Source of the DNA: Alphaproteobacteria bacterium | GTDB lineage: Bacteria > Pseudomonadota > Alphaproteobacteria > Thalassobaculales > Thalassobaculaceae | NCBI GenBank assembly: GCA_038118725.1 | Contig: JAYOIK010000003.1 | Span: 1,485-65,484, forward strand | Direction: 5' to 3' | Length of the DNA: 64,000 nt | Shown here: piece by piece, positions 51,748-60,880 of the stretch | Numbering within the stretch: position 1 is the stretch's first letter | Layout: every line of letters begins with the position of its first letter | Translations under genes and position numbers: made by a program | The notes under the pieces: model-generated | The model's database searches: none | The model's input: only the letters and a program-made list of their open reading frames with translations | What the model was told of the DNA's origin: nothing

Positions 51748-52554
51748 ATGAGCACGCTAAGCGATGCGGAACTCGCGACCTATCGGCGGGATGGACTGGT
51801 CGTCCCGGAGTTTAGGCTCGACGGGGATACACTCGGAACCCTGCGCGAGGTGCTGGACGAGCTGTTGGCCAAGAATCCCGAGGCCGACCGGAACATCATC
51901 ATCTGCCCGCACCTTTCCGGCTATGGCCCGTTGGCGGTCGAGGGGGACCCGGTCTGGCTCGAGATCGCGCGCCGCCCGGAAATCCTCGACATGGTCGCCC
52001 GGATCATGGGGCCGGATGTGATCCTCTGGGGCACGACGATATTCGGCAAACCCGCCGGCACCGGCCAGGTGATCCCCTGGCACCAGGACGCCCCGCATTG
52101 GCCGATCGAGCCCAAGGCGACCACCAGCGTGTGGATCGCGCTCGACCCCTGCACGCCCGAGAACGGATGCCTTCGCTATATCCCCGGCACCCATGGCGGC
52201 GAGGTTCCGCATATCAGCATCAATGACAAGCCCGAGGGCAAGGAGGCGGCGGTCCGGTTGATCCTCGACCCCGAGGCCGTGAGCGAGGACAAGGCCCGCG
52301 ACGTTCTCTTGGAGCCCGGCCAGATGGCCATTCTCGACACCTGGCTGGTGCATGGCTCGAACCCAAACCGATCGCCCAACCGCCGGGCCGCCTTCGTGTT
52401 GCGTTTCATGCCGGCGACCTCGTTTTTCGATCACGCCAATGGCGACGAGGCGGCCCGACGCGCCGGCGCGATCACCGACTACAACAGCCGCCCGCTCTAT
52501 CTAATGCGCGGCGAAAACGTGGCCGGAAACGACCTCGCCATCGGGCATGGATGA
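51748..52554 (+). CDS. phytanoyl-CoA dioxygenase (PhyH) family protein
   Basis: YRRDGLVVPEF...IPWHQDAPHWPIEP...LVHGSNPNRS (HxD...H facial-triad pattern). Confidence 0.85.
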   Translation: MSTLSDAELATYRRDGLVVPEFRLDGDTLGTLREVLDELLAKNPEADRNIIICPHLSGYGPLAVEGDPVWLEIARRPEILDMVARIMGPDVILWGTTIFGKPAGTGQVIPWHQDAPHWPIEPKATTSVWIALDPCTPENGCLRYIPGTHGGEVPHISINDKPEGKEAAVRLILDPEAVSEDKARDVLLEPGQMAILDTWLVHGSNPNRSPNRRAAFVLRFMPATSFFDHANGDEAARRAGAITDYNSRPLYLMRGENVAGNDLAIGHG

Positions 52555-52563
52555 GGGCTGTGC

Positions 52564-53199
52564 TCAAACCCGCTTGAACACCACCGAGAAGTTGTTCGAG
52601 GGCATGTCGATCACCCGGTCCAGAATCAGCCCGGCTGTCTTGGCCAGCGCCTCGATATCGTCGAGATCGCGGACGCCCCACGCGGGATCGCGAGCGCGCA
52701 GCGAGGCGTCGAAGGCGGCGTTGCTGTCGGTGGTGTGGACGCCGCCACGCTTGAAGGGGCCGTAGAAATGCAAGACCCCGCCCGGTGGCAGAATGCGACC
52801 GGCGCCGGCGATCAGGCCTTGGGATGTCGACCAGGGGGAAATGTGAATGACATTGGCCGAGGTGATCGCGGTGATGTTGTCCTCGGCCCGAACGTCCCAT
52901 TCGGGCGCGGCGGCGTCGATGGCGCGTGGAGGCAGGGGCCTGGGCGGGTCCATGTCGGCGATCCAGGCGGCGATACTCGCGCGTTGGCCCGGATCCGGGT
53001 CGCTTGGAAGCCAGAGGCGCGGCGCCAGGGCCGGCGCGAAGGCGCTTGCATGCTGGCCGGTGCCGCTTCCGATCTCCAGGATCGTGCCGGTTTCCGGAAG
53101 GGTCTCGCGCAAGACCTCCAGGATCGCGGCGGCGTTGCGGCGGGTGGCGGGGGCGTCCCGGCGCGCGGTTTCTGAATTTTGAGGTGACAAATCGGACAT
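52564..53199 (-). CDS. DUF938 family class I SAM-dependent methyltransferase-like protein
   Basis: ATRRNAAAILEVLRETLPETGTILEIGSGTGQHA...NVIHISPW...GGVLHFYGPF. Confidence 0.8.
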   Translation of the reverse strand: MSDLSPQNSETARRDAPATRRNAAAILEVLRETLPETGTILEIGSGTGQHASAFAPALAPRLWLPSDPDPGQRASIAAWIADMDPPRPLPPRAIDAAAPEWDVRAEDNITAITSANVIHISPWSTSQGLIAGAGRILPPGGVLHFYGPFKRGGVHTTDSNAAFDASLRARDPAWGVRDLDDIEALAKTAGLILDRVIDMPSNNFSVVFKRV

Positions 53200-53286
53200 G
53201 ACCGCACATGTAGTTGACCTCGGGCGGAGGGGCAACTCCTTCACACGAAGCAACCAGGCGAGCGCGGACAGGGAGAGACGGTCATC

Positions 53287-53751
53287 ATGCTAGGTAGATT
53301 GAAGGCGGCGATCGAGGCGATGCGGGCGCCGGCGGCGGCGGAGACCCCGAGCGCCGAGCCGGCGCGGCTGGCCTGCGCGGCGGTGCTCGCGCGGGCGGCG
53401 CAGCTGGATGGGCGCCTCGACGAGGGCGAGGAGGCGGCGATGCTGCGCCTGATGACCGAGCGCTTCTCGATCGACGAGGCGGCGGCCCGCGAGATCCTGG
53501 ACGAAGCGGTCGACGATCTGGACGCCAGCAACGATATCTACCGTTATACCAAGGTGTTGCGCGATACCTTCGACGAGGCCGAGCGCATCGACTTGATGGA
53601 AATGTTGTGGGAGGTCGCCTATGCCGACGGCACCTTGCATGAGCTTGAAGCCCAACTGATGCGCCGCATGGCGGGGCTGATGTTTGTCGACGATCGCGAA
53701 AGTGGCGCGGCCCGCAAACGCGCCCTGGCGAAACTGGGGCTTGCGGGCTAG
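53287..53751 (+). CDS. TerB-like (tellurite resistance TerB family) protein
   Basis: CAAVLARAAQLDGRLDEGEEAAM...MLWEVAYADGTLHELEAQLMRRMAGLM fits the TerB-fold pattern. Confidence 0.7.
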   Translation: MLGRLKAAIEAMRAPAAAETPSAEPARLACAAVLARAAQLDGRLDEGEEAAMLRLMTERFSIDEAAAREILDEAVDDLDASNDIYRYTKVLRDTFDEAERIDLMEMLWEVAYADGTLHELEAQLMRRMAGLMFVDDRESGAARKRALAKLGLAG

Positions 53752-53805
53752 GCGGGAATTCATTAGGAGAATTCCGCTGCGCCTGCTGGAAGGGAAGTTC
53801 GGATC

Positions 53806-54144
53806 ATGACGTATATCGTCAACGCCAATTGTATTAAGTGCAAATACACGGATTGTGTCGAGGTTTGCCCCGTGGATTGCTTCTACGAGGGCGAGAACAT
53901 GCTCGTCATTCATCCCGATGAGTGCATCGATTGCGGCGTTTGCGAGCCGGAATGCCCGCCCGAGGCGATCCTGCCCGATACCGAGCCGGGGGCCGAGGAG
54001 TGGGTCGAGCACAATCGTAAATATTCCGAGGAATGGCCGAACATCACCCGGATGATCCCGCATGCCGAGGACGCCAAGTCCTATGAGGGCATGGACGGCA
54101 AGTTCGAGAAATTCTTCAGTGAGAAACCGGGTCAGGGCAACTGA
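53806..54144 (+). CDS. fdxA: 7Fe ferredoxin (FdxA type)
   Basis: [51 protein letters not shown]. Confidence 0.95.
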   Translation: MTYIVNANCIKCKYTDCVEVCPVDCFYEGENMLVIHPDECIDCGVCEPECPPEAILPDTEPGAEEWVEHNRKYSEEWPNITRMIPHAEDAKSYEGMDGKFEKFFSEKPGQGN

Positions 54145-54387
54145 GGCGCGATTCGCTATCTTCCCCTACCAATCACGGCGTTTTTGTGATAGGGTGCGGA
54201 CACCGGCGAGGAGTTCGCGTCGACGGCTTCTCCCATTTCCCGATCAAGGTCGGACCCCTGGCGCGTAGCGTGGCCGCAGGGCCGCGGAGGATGCTTTTGT
54301 CCATTTGATTGCGTTGAGGTGTTTAAAGCGAAGCGGCATCGCCAATTCGGATCGGGAACCGCGTGGATGACCAGAGAGACGGCACGG

Positions 54388-54885
54388 ATGACTAAGAAAA
54401 TGGAATTCAAGACCGGTGACTTCGTCGTTTACCCGACCCACGGGGTCGGCAAGATCCTTGGAACCGAAACCCAGGAAATCGCTGGAACCGAGCTTGATCT
54501 GTTGGTGATCAACTTCGAGCATGACCGCATGACCCTGCGTATTCCGGTCGCCAAAGCGCAGAATTCAGGGCTTCGCCGCCTCAGCTCGCGTAAGCAAATG
54601 GATGTCGCGCTGACCAAGCTCAAGGGGCGGGCGCGGGTGCGCCGGACCATGTGGTCGCGCCGGGCCCAGGAATACGAGGCCAAGATCAATTCCGGCGATC
54701 CGGTGTCGATCGCCGAAGTGGTGCGCGATCTTCGCCGCAACAGCTCGCAGGCCGATCAATCCTACAGCGAGCGGCAGATGTATCAGGCGGCCCTCGATCG
54801 GCTGGCGCGCGAGTTCGCGGCGATCGAAAAGATCGACGAGGAAACCGCGGCCACGCGCTTGGAAAAGATCATGAACGTCACCTAA
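54388..54885 (+). CDS. carD: CarD family transcriptional regulator
   Basis: FKTGDFVVYPTHGVGKILGTETQEIAGTELDLLVI...WSRRAQEY. Start is ambiguous among 54319, 54367, 54388 and 54400. Confidence 0.9.
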   Translation: MTKKMEFKTGDFVVYPTHGVGKILGTETQEIAGTELDLLVINFEHDRMTLRIPVAKAQNSGLRRLSSRKQMDVALTKLKGRARVRRTMWSRRAQEYEAKINSGDPVSIAEVVRDLRRNSSQADQSYSERQMYQAALDRLAREFAAIEKIDEETAATRLEKIMNVT

Positions 54886-55006
54886 TCACCGGTGATGGTC
54901 TAGGAACGTCGCTCTTCGGGTCGCCGTTTTCATTTTTAGCTGATTTCTCGCCGCGCCCGTTGTCGCGCGCGCGTCCATACGGCAGGATTGAGAGCCGAGG
55001 GAGGGC

Positions 55007-55831
55007 GTGGGCGCCGTGGCATTGGACGAGACACGTTTCGCGATTTTGACGCCTACAAGGCGGATCTGGGCGATCGCGCCGGTCCGTGGCGCGGCGTCGT
55101 TGTTGCGGGAGATCCACGCGGGTATCGAAGCGCGTTTCCAGCGCGGCGACCGGATTGTCTATCTTGGCGATATCATAGGCGTCGGCTCGGATGTCGTCGG
55201 CGCCGTCGACGAGGTGCTGCGGTTCCGGCGTTGGGTGCTCGCCCAGCCACCCTTTACCCATCCCGATGATGTGGTGGTATTGCGTGGCAGCCAGGAAGAG
55301 ATGTGGCGCAACCTGTTGCAAATCCAGTTCGCGGCGGCGGCGGGAGAGACCCTGCAATGGATGGAGAAACGCGGGGTCGGCGCGACCGTCGAGGCCTATG
55401 GCGGACGCTTAGCCGAGGGTATCGCGGCGGCGCGCGACGGGCCGACGGCGATCGCGCAATGGACCTCGCGGCTTCGCATCGGCCTCAGGGCCTCGGCCGG
55501 CCATGGTCTCTTTCACGCCATGCTGAAACGAGCGGCGATCACCAGTGACGGTGGCATGCTGTTCGTGAATGCCGGGCTCGATCCGGCGCGTGGCCTCGGC
55601 GAGCAGGGCGACCGTTTCTGGTGGGACGCGGGCGGTCCCGATCGCATGACTGGGCCGCATCCCGAGGCTCGTTTGGTGGTTCGCGGGGCCGATCCCGAAC
55701 GCCGCGGCGTCGTCCGCGAGACGCACTGGCTTGGCCTGGATGACGGAAGCGGCGAGGGAGGCGCCCTCAACGCGCTTTGCCTCTCACCCGACGGTGAGGT
55801 GCTGGAAACCCTTACCGCCGGGCCGTCATAG
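55007..55831 (+). CDS. calcineurin-like metallophosphoesterase-fold protein with degenerate metal-binding motifs
   Basis: The pattern IWAIAPVRG / YLGDIIGVGSD / VVLRGSQEEM aligns by eye with GDxHG / GDxxDRG / GNHE. Most ligand residues are replaced. GTG start. Confidence 0.5.
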   Translation: MGAVALDETRFAILTPTRRIWAIAPVRGAASLLREIHAGIEARFQRGDRIVYLGDIIGVGSDVVGAVDEVLRFRRWVLAQPPFTHPDDVVVLRGSQEEMWRNLLQIQFAAAAGETLQWMEKRGVGATVEAYGGRLAEGIAAARDGPTAIAQWTSRLRIGLRASAGHGLFHAMLKRAAITSDGGMLFVNAGLDPARGLGEQGDRFWWDAGGPDRMTGPHPEARLVVRGADPERRGVVRETHWLGLDDGSGEGGALNALCLSPDGEVLETLTAGPS

Positions 55832-55845
55832 AGAGTGCTATCGGG

Positions 55846-57348
55846 TTATAGCGGCGTTCGTATCAACTTCACCAGAGTGCCGGTGCTCGGCTCTTGGTTC
55901 GCGGCCAGTCCGTTCAGGACCTGGAACGCGCGTTCCGCTTGCGCGCGAGACTTTGAGGATCGGGAAGGGGCTTGGGAAAGAGCCGCGACGGTTTCCCCCG
56001 GCTGGACCCGATGAGTGACGATCCGCCGGGTGGGTAAACGGTCGGGAGCGACAGCCGGAATGGTTTCCAAACTATAGGTCATGCGCCGCATCGCCACCGA
56101 CGCCCGCCCAGCCGCGCCGCCCGGCATGAGGATCTTGAAACGCAGCATCTTCTTGGGCGAGAGCCGAACCGCGACGAGTCGTATCTCAACGGTGCCGCGC
56201 GCGGTTCGCGCTTTGAGGGCGGCGGTCGCCGCGTCGAGGCCGTTGATATTCAGGCGCTCCAATCCGGAGAGCCTGGTCCGCGTGGCCCAAACGCCCGCAA
56301 GATAACGAGAGGGTGACACACCGGACGTGGTCGGCGCTTCGTCGAGTCTCGCCTGAACATTGCCCGGCCCCTGTATTAGGACCCGCCCATTGGACGCCTG
56401 CATTCGATAGCTGTCCGGCGCGCTGAACCGATAGCCGGCGACATGCTGTATGAAGGTCTGGCCGCGGATCTCTCCCTTGGCCGGGTCCGGGCCGTGCAGC
56501 AGACCGTCAATGCGCCGCAGATAGGCCTCTGTTCCGATCCGACCACCTTGATCCGGGTTCACCAGCGCGGCTCTCATGGCGCGGTCGACCCGATCAATGG
56601 TTCTGGGGTGAGTGCCCAGCAGTTGAAATTGATCCGGATTCTGACCAGTTCCCGCCTGTTCGGAGGCCAGAATGGCGTGCTCCCGGAGCTTGGCGAGGAA
56701 TTGAGGCACGCCGGTGGGATCATATCCCGCTCTGGATAGATAGCGGATTCCCAAGGTGTCCGCCTCGAATTCCTGATCGCGGGAATAGCTGGAGAGAAAG
56801 ATCTTTCCGCCGAGGTCGAAGGCTTCGCCGAACCCTTTCGCGTCAGTGGCGCGCAGCAACATGCCGCCGAGTTGCGCCACGGAGGCCCAGCTGTAGCGTT
56901 GGGCCGCGTGACGTGCGGTCACATGCCCGATCTCGTGCGCCAGGACGCCGGCCAGTTGCGCCTCGTTGTCGGCAAGGGCGATCAGCCCCCGGGTCACGTA
57001 GATGAAGCCGCCCGGCAACGCGAAGGCGTTTACGTCCGGCGCGTTTAGAACCGTGAAGGTAAACTTGATGTCCGGCAATTCGGCGTTGGCGGCGAGGGCT
57101 TGGCCTATCCGATCCACGTAGTCGTGCAGTGGCTCGTCTTCGTATCGCCCGCCCAATTGCTCCCGGATCATCGGGTCTTGCTGGCGCCCGACACGACGTT
57201 CCTGATCCGGCGACATGAAGGCGGTGAAGCTGCGCTGACCGGTCGCCGGGTTGACGGTGCAGGCGTGCAACCCGGTCATTGCGGCAAGCACGGCGATCAA
57301 CGCCAAGACCCGGCCGGCGCGGCGTATCGATCCGATACGGTAACTCAT
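55846..57348 (-). CDS. M48 family metalloprotease with a C-terminal LysM-like domain
   Basis: Lipoprotein/signal-like N-terminus (LAAMTGLHAC). HEIGHVTARH zinc motif. C-terminal HRVQPGETVAALS...LNGL. I chose the internal ATG 57348, which has GGGAGAGGG upstream. Confidence 0.85.
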   Translation of the reverse strand: MSYRIGSIRRAGRVLALIAVLAAMTGLHACTVNPATGQRSFTAFMSPDQERRVGRQQDPMIREQLGGRYEDEPLHDYVDRIGQALAANAELPDIKFTFTVLNAPDVNAFALPGGFIYVTRGLIALADNEAQLAGVLAHEIGHVTARHAAQRYSWASVAQLGGMLLRATDAKGFGEAFDLGGKIFLSSYSRDQEFEADTLGIRYLSRAGYDPTGVPQFLAKLREHAILASEQAGTGQNPDQFQLLGTHPRTIDRVDRAMRAALVNPDQGGRIGTEAYLRRIDGLLHGPDPAKGEIRGQTFIQHVAGYRFSAPDSYRMQASNGRVLIQGPGNVQARLDEAPTTSGVSPSRYLAGVWATRTRLSGLERLNINGLDAATAALKARTARGTVEIRLVAVRLSPKKMLRFKILMPGGAAGRASVAMRRMTYSLETIPAVAPDRLPTRRIVTHRVQPGETVAALSQAPSRSSKSRAQAERAFQVLNGLAANQEPSTGTLVKLIRTPL

Positions 57349-57392
57349 GATCCCTCTCCCGCGGCCGTGGGTTGGATCACGGCGCGCATGCG

Positions 57393-58214
57393 CTACTCCG
57401 GTAATATTTCGAGTTGTTCGGGATGGGTCAATTGGATCAACGGGCCGTTCCTCAGGGTCACCCAGCCGCGCGCCCGCACGCGCCGCCCCGCGAGGCCGGC
57501 GAGATCGACGCCCTGTTGCTCGAAACGGCGCCGATCCCTTGGAGAGATGCTGAAGGTGAAGTCCGTACGCCAATCCTGTCCGAAGTTTAGATAGGCTCGG
57601 CCCTTTATCACGACGGCGGAAACCACTCGGCCCTCGACGATCTGAAAGGTGTCAATGTCGCGTCGGGTCTCATATGGATTGCGAACGCGAAAGGCGCGTT
57701 CCTTCCAGATCCCGGCCTTGGCCGCGCGCGCCGCCTTTTCCAGCGCTAGCATCTCGGCCGCCAGGAGCGTGGTGTCCCGCGTGGTCGCGACCATCGCCAA
57801 GCCTCGCTCTAGAAGGTGAGCGTGCAGCCAGCCGCCGTCCGCGAGGCAGGGATGGGCGAGCATGCGGTCGTATCGGTCGCGGCGCTTGGGAACGAGATGG
57901 AGATCCAGCGTTTTACCCTTGGTGAGCTCTTCCAAGACCCGCCGCGCTTCCTCGGCGAGGGGTTGAGCCGGTTCATGACCCAGCGCGGCTCTTGGCAGAT
58001 TGATGCCGGCGAGACGAATTTCCCGCCCGCCGACTTCCCGCAGGGTGCCGTCGACCGCGACGGCCTGGATGGTCACCCGCGGGCCGGGATCGAGATTTCC
58101 AGGAACGCAGTCGGCGGCCTTGGCCGCCCATGGCGCCGCCGTGAGAAGAGCGACCATGAGCGCGAAACCGACTAGGCGCGGAAATGCGCCGGGATGCGGA
58201 AGCCAAGTGTTCAT
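57393..58214 (-). CDS. thermonuclease (SNase) family protein, secreted
   Basis: Signal peptide (LLTAAPWAAKA). SNase-like IRLAGINLPR...DRYDRMLAH...LLERGLA. Confidence 0.75.
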   Translation of the reverse strand: MNTWLPHPGAFPRLVGFALMVALLTAAPWAAKAADCVPGNLDPGPRVTIQAVAVDGTLREVGGREIRLAGINLPRAALGHEPAQPLAEEARRVLEELTKGKTLDLHLVPKRRDRYDRMLAHPCLADGGWLHAHLLERGLAMVATTRDTTLLAAEMLALEKAARAAKAGIWKERAFRVRNPYETRRDIDTFQIVEGRVVSAVVIKGRAYLNFGQDWRTDFTFSISPRDRRRFEQQGVDLAGLAGRRVRARGWVTLRNGPLIQLTHPEQLEILPE

Positions 58215-58321
58215 CCGCGTATGTCATGCGCTTCAAGGCGAGGCGTCAAGCGCCGCGAGTTCCCCGGCGATAGCGGTGGTGGGGGCATCGGGGGAGGTGG
58301 CCACCGTCGCCCTACCCCTCT

Positions 58322-58723
58322 CGTCGCCCTGGCGCAAGGCGGGACCTCGCGATGGATGTCCTTGCGGCAATCGTTTGATCACGCGGAACCGCCCGAGGCC
58401 CTGCCGTTCGCCAGGGCGACGGGGATGTGTAAGGCATGGTGTTGGCGCGGGATTGCCCCGCGCTTTCGAAAACGTCGTCCTGGCGCAAGGCGGGACCTCG
58501 CGATGGATGTCCTTGCGGCAACCGTTTGACCACGCGGAACCATCCGAGGCCCTGCCGTTCGCCAGGGCGACGGGGATGTGTAGGGCATGGTGTTTTGGGG
58601 GATTGCCCCTCGGTTTCGAAAACGTCGTCCTGGCGCAAGGCAGGACCTCGCGACGGGTGCCCCAGACGGTATTCGTTGATCACGTGGAACCGCCCGAGGT
58701 CCTGGCTTTCGCCTGGACGACGG
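58322..58723. repeat. tandem array (periods 151 and 150 bp) of three 101-bp palindromic elements separated by two near-identical 50-bp linkers
   Basis: Units lie at 58322-58422, 58473-58573 and 58623-58723. Each starts CGTCG(C/T)CCTGGCGCAAGGC(G/A)GGACCTCGCG and ends with its approximate reverse complement (CGAGG(C/T)CCTG(C/G)C(G/T)TTCGCC(A/T)GG(G/A)CGACGG). The linkers at 58423-58472 and 58574-58622 are also repeated. Confidence 0.9.
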
Positions 58724-58739
58724 GGAAAGCGAGGCCCAG

Positions 58740-60008
58740 CTATCGACGTCCGCCGGCGAAGGGGGTGTTGCCGTCGCGGCCGAGGATGCGCAGGCGCAGG
58801 AAGTTCAGCAGGCTGATCACGCCGTATTCCCGGACCCGATGGCGGTCCCCGGGCAGGTGGGTCATCTGCGCCTCGATGTGATCGCCGAAAGCGATGCCGA
58901 GATGGACGGTTCCGGCGGCCTGGCCCTCTTGTTCGGCTGGGCCGGCGACGCCGGTGGTCGAGATTCCGACATCGGCGTTCAGGCGCTTGCGCACGCCGTC
59001 GGCCATGGCACGGGCCGCGTCGGGGGTAACCACCGGTCCTTCCGGGACGTCAAGTAGATCGAACTTCACCTCGCTTGCATAAGCGACCACTCCGCCGCGC
59101 AGCACGTCGCTGGAGCCTGGAACCGAGGTCAGGCGCGCGCCGACCATGCCGCCGGTCACGGACTCGGCCACCGCCAGGGTCATGCCGCGCTCGCGCAGCA
59201 ATTGCAGGACAACCGACTCCATGGTCTCGTCGTCGGCGCCGAAGACATATTCGCCGATCACCTCGCGAACCGCCGCTTCCTCCTCGGCGAGCACCCGCGT
59301 GGCTGCTTCCTCGGTTTCGGCCTTGACCGTGACCCGGACCTTGAGACCCTCGATGCCGCTGGCCTGGAAGGCGATGGTCGCGCGTCCGCTGGCGTCAAGC
59401 TCGGCCATCCGGTCGGTCAGCATCTCGTCCAGCCCGGACTCGGTTTGGCCCCAGGTTTTCAGCACCCGGCTCTTGATCACCGCCGTCACGCCGGAGCGGC
59501 GCTGCAGATCCGGGATCACGCATTCCTCGCACATCATCTTCATTTCGAAGGGCACGCCCGGTACCGCGTAGATCACCTTGTCGCCGACCGGACAGATCAG
59601 CCCCGGTGCCGTGCCCGGCATCTGCGGGATCGCCATGCCGCCGTCGGGGATATCGGCTTGGCGAAGATTGTTCTCCGACATGACCCGTCCGCGCGATTCA
59701 AAGCGATGGCGGATGCGATCGGCGATCTCGTCGTCGCGGGTGAGACCGACGCCCATGACCTCGGCGATCACCTCGCGGGTGATATCGTCCTGGGTCGGGC
59801 CGAGGCCGCCGCTGACAATCACCGCGTCCGAGCGGTCGAGCGCCTGCTGAATCGTGTCGCGCATGCGCTGGCGGTTGTCGCCGATGGTGACATGATAGAG
59901 GCAGTCGATGCCGGCCAGCGCCAATTGCTCGCCGATCCAGGCGGCGTTCGAGTTGACGATCTGGCCCAGCAACAACTCGGTGCCGATGGCAACGAATTCA
60001 CAACGCAT
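58740..60008 (-). CDS. cinA: CinA family protein (MoCF-type domain plus nicotinamide-nucleotide amidohydrolase PncC domain)
   Basis: MRCEFVAIGTELLLGQIVNSNAAWIGEQL...SGGLGPTQDDITRE...AESVTGGMV. Confidence 0.9.
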   Translation of the reverse strand: MRCEFVAIGTELLLGQIVNSNAAWIGEQLALAGIDCLYHVTIGDNRQRMRDTIQQALDRSDAVIVSGGLGPTQDDITREVIAEVMGVGLTRDDEIADRIRHRFESRGRVMSENNLRQADIPDGGMAIPQMPGTAPGLICPVGDKVIYAVPGVPFEMKMMCEECVIPDLQRRSGVTAVIKSRVLKTWGQTESGLDEMLTDRMAELDASGRATIAFQASGIEGLKVRVTVKAETEEAATRVLAEEEAAVREVIGEYVFGADDETMESVVLQLLRERGMTLAVAESVTGGMVGARLTSVPGSSDVLRGGVVAYASEVKFDLLDVPEGPVVTPDAARAMADGVRKRLNADVGISTTGVAGPAEQEGQAAGTVHLGIAFGDHIEAQMTHLPGDRHRVREYGVISLLNFLRLRILGRDGNTPFAGGRR

Positions 60009-60025
60009 GACCTTGTCCCCAAGTG

Positions 60026-60880
60026 TTAGCTCGTTAGCGTGCCCGGCGCCACGACGCCAAGCCGCTCCAGGAAAATCGGTTGTTGGGCATCGGCCATTTC
60101 GTTGCCCCGTTGTATCGGACAGCCCCTGGCCCTGGCGGCTTCAAGAAAGCGCGTCATTGGCGGCTTGGTCACCGCGTCCGCGACCATGGCGTCCGTTCTG
60201 ATTCCATCAAGAGGAAAGGGCAGGGGGTCGTCCGGCTTCATGCCCATGGGCGTGGCGTTGGCGAGAATATCGATCTCCGTCGGGTTGCCCGCTTCGTCGG
60301 AGATATCGACGTTCGGATAGTGTCCCCGCAGGCTCGCCAGAAGCGTCTCTCGCCTTGCCGTATCGATATCCAGCACCGCCAGCCGTTTGGCGCCGTTATC
60401 CGCGACGGCATGGGCGATGGCGCTTCCCGCGCCGCCGGCGCCGATCAGAACGAAGCGCTTGCCGGTGACATTGACGCCATGCTTGGCCAGGGCCGCGAGA
60501 AACCCGAGTCCATCCGTCATGTCTCCGATCAGACGCCCGTCCTCGGTCCGTTGCACCAGATTACAGGCGCCGATGCGCTTGGCCCTGTCGGACGCTTCAT
60601 CGCAATTGGCGAGCGCGGCCTGTTTGTGCGGCACCGTTACCCCGACGCCGCCACAATTCTTCCAACCCCGGAGCATGGCGAAGAAGCCGTTCACGGCGCT
60701 TGGCAGTATATCCATGGCAACCATGGCACCGTCGTAATCATGATCGGCGATATACCCGTTGAAGACGGTCGGCGAGCGAACCTGCGCGATCGGGTGGCCG
60801 ATGATCGCGTAGAACCGTGACGTGCCGGTCAGGATATGACGGCCCGCCGTGCCCGCGTTGCTGTCGCCGCCGGCGCTCAT
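60026..60880 (-). CDS. shikimate/quinate dehydrogenase family protein
   Basis: FYAIIGHPIAQVRSPTVFN...GVGVTVPHKQ...LIGAGGAGSAIAHA. Confidence 0.8.
   Translation of the reverse strand: MSAGGDSNAGTAGRHILTGTSRFYAIIGHPIAQVRSPTVFNGYIADHDYDGAMVAMDILPSAVNGFFAMLRGWKNCGGVGVTVPHKQAALANCDEASDRAKRIGACNLVQRTEDGRLIGDMTDGLGFLAALAKHGVNVTGKRFVLIGAGGAGSAIAHAVADNGAKRLAVLDIDTARRETLLASLRGHYPNVDISDEAGNPTEIDILANATPMGMKPDDPLPFPLDGIRTDAMVADAVTKPPMTRFLEAARARGCPIQRGNEMADAQQPIFLERLGVVAPGTLTS

Noticed and set aside
53752-53778. Inverted repeat GCGGGAATTC-attagga-GAATTCCGC between the TerB-like gene and fdxA, considered as a terminator.
   Set aside because: The stem is short and AT-containing, with no U-tract. It could equally be an operator, so there is not enough evidence to annotate it.
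58322-58723. Possible CRISPR array, given regularly spaced repeats.
   Set aside because: The period is ~150 bp, not 55-75 bp. The 'spacers' (linkers and unit cores) are themselves repeated. The repeats are long palindromic pairs, and no cas genes or leader are present.
58000-58881. 293-aa plus-strand ORF, and other ORFs (58194-58529, 58312-58683, 58379-58588, 58436-58816), across the repeat array.
   Set aside because: They run through tandem non-coding repeats and antisense to the SNase and cinA genes. Their Arg/Pro/Gly-rich translations are typical of GC-rich non-coding frames and match no recognisable family.
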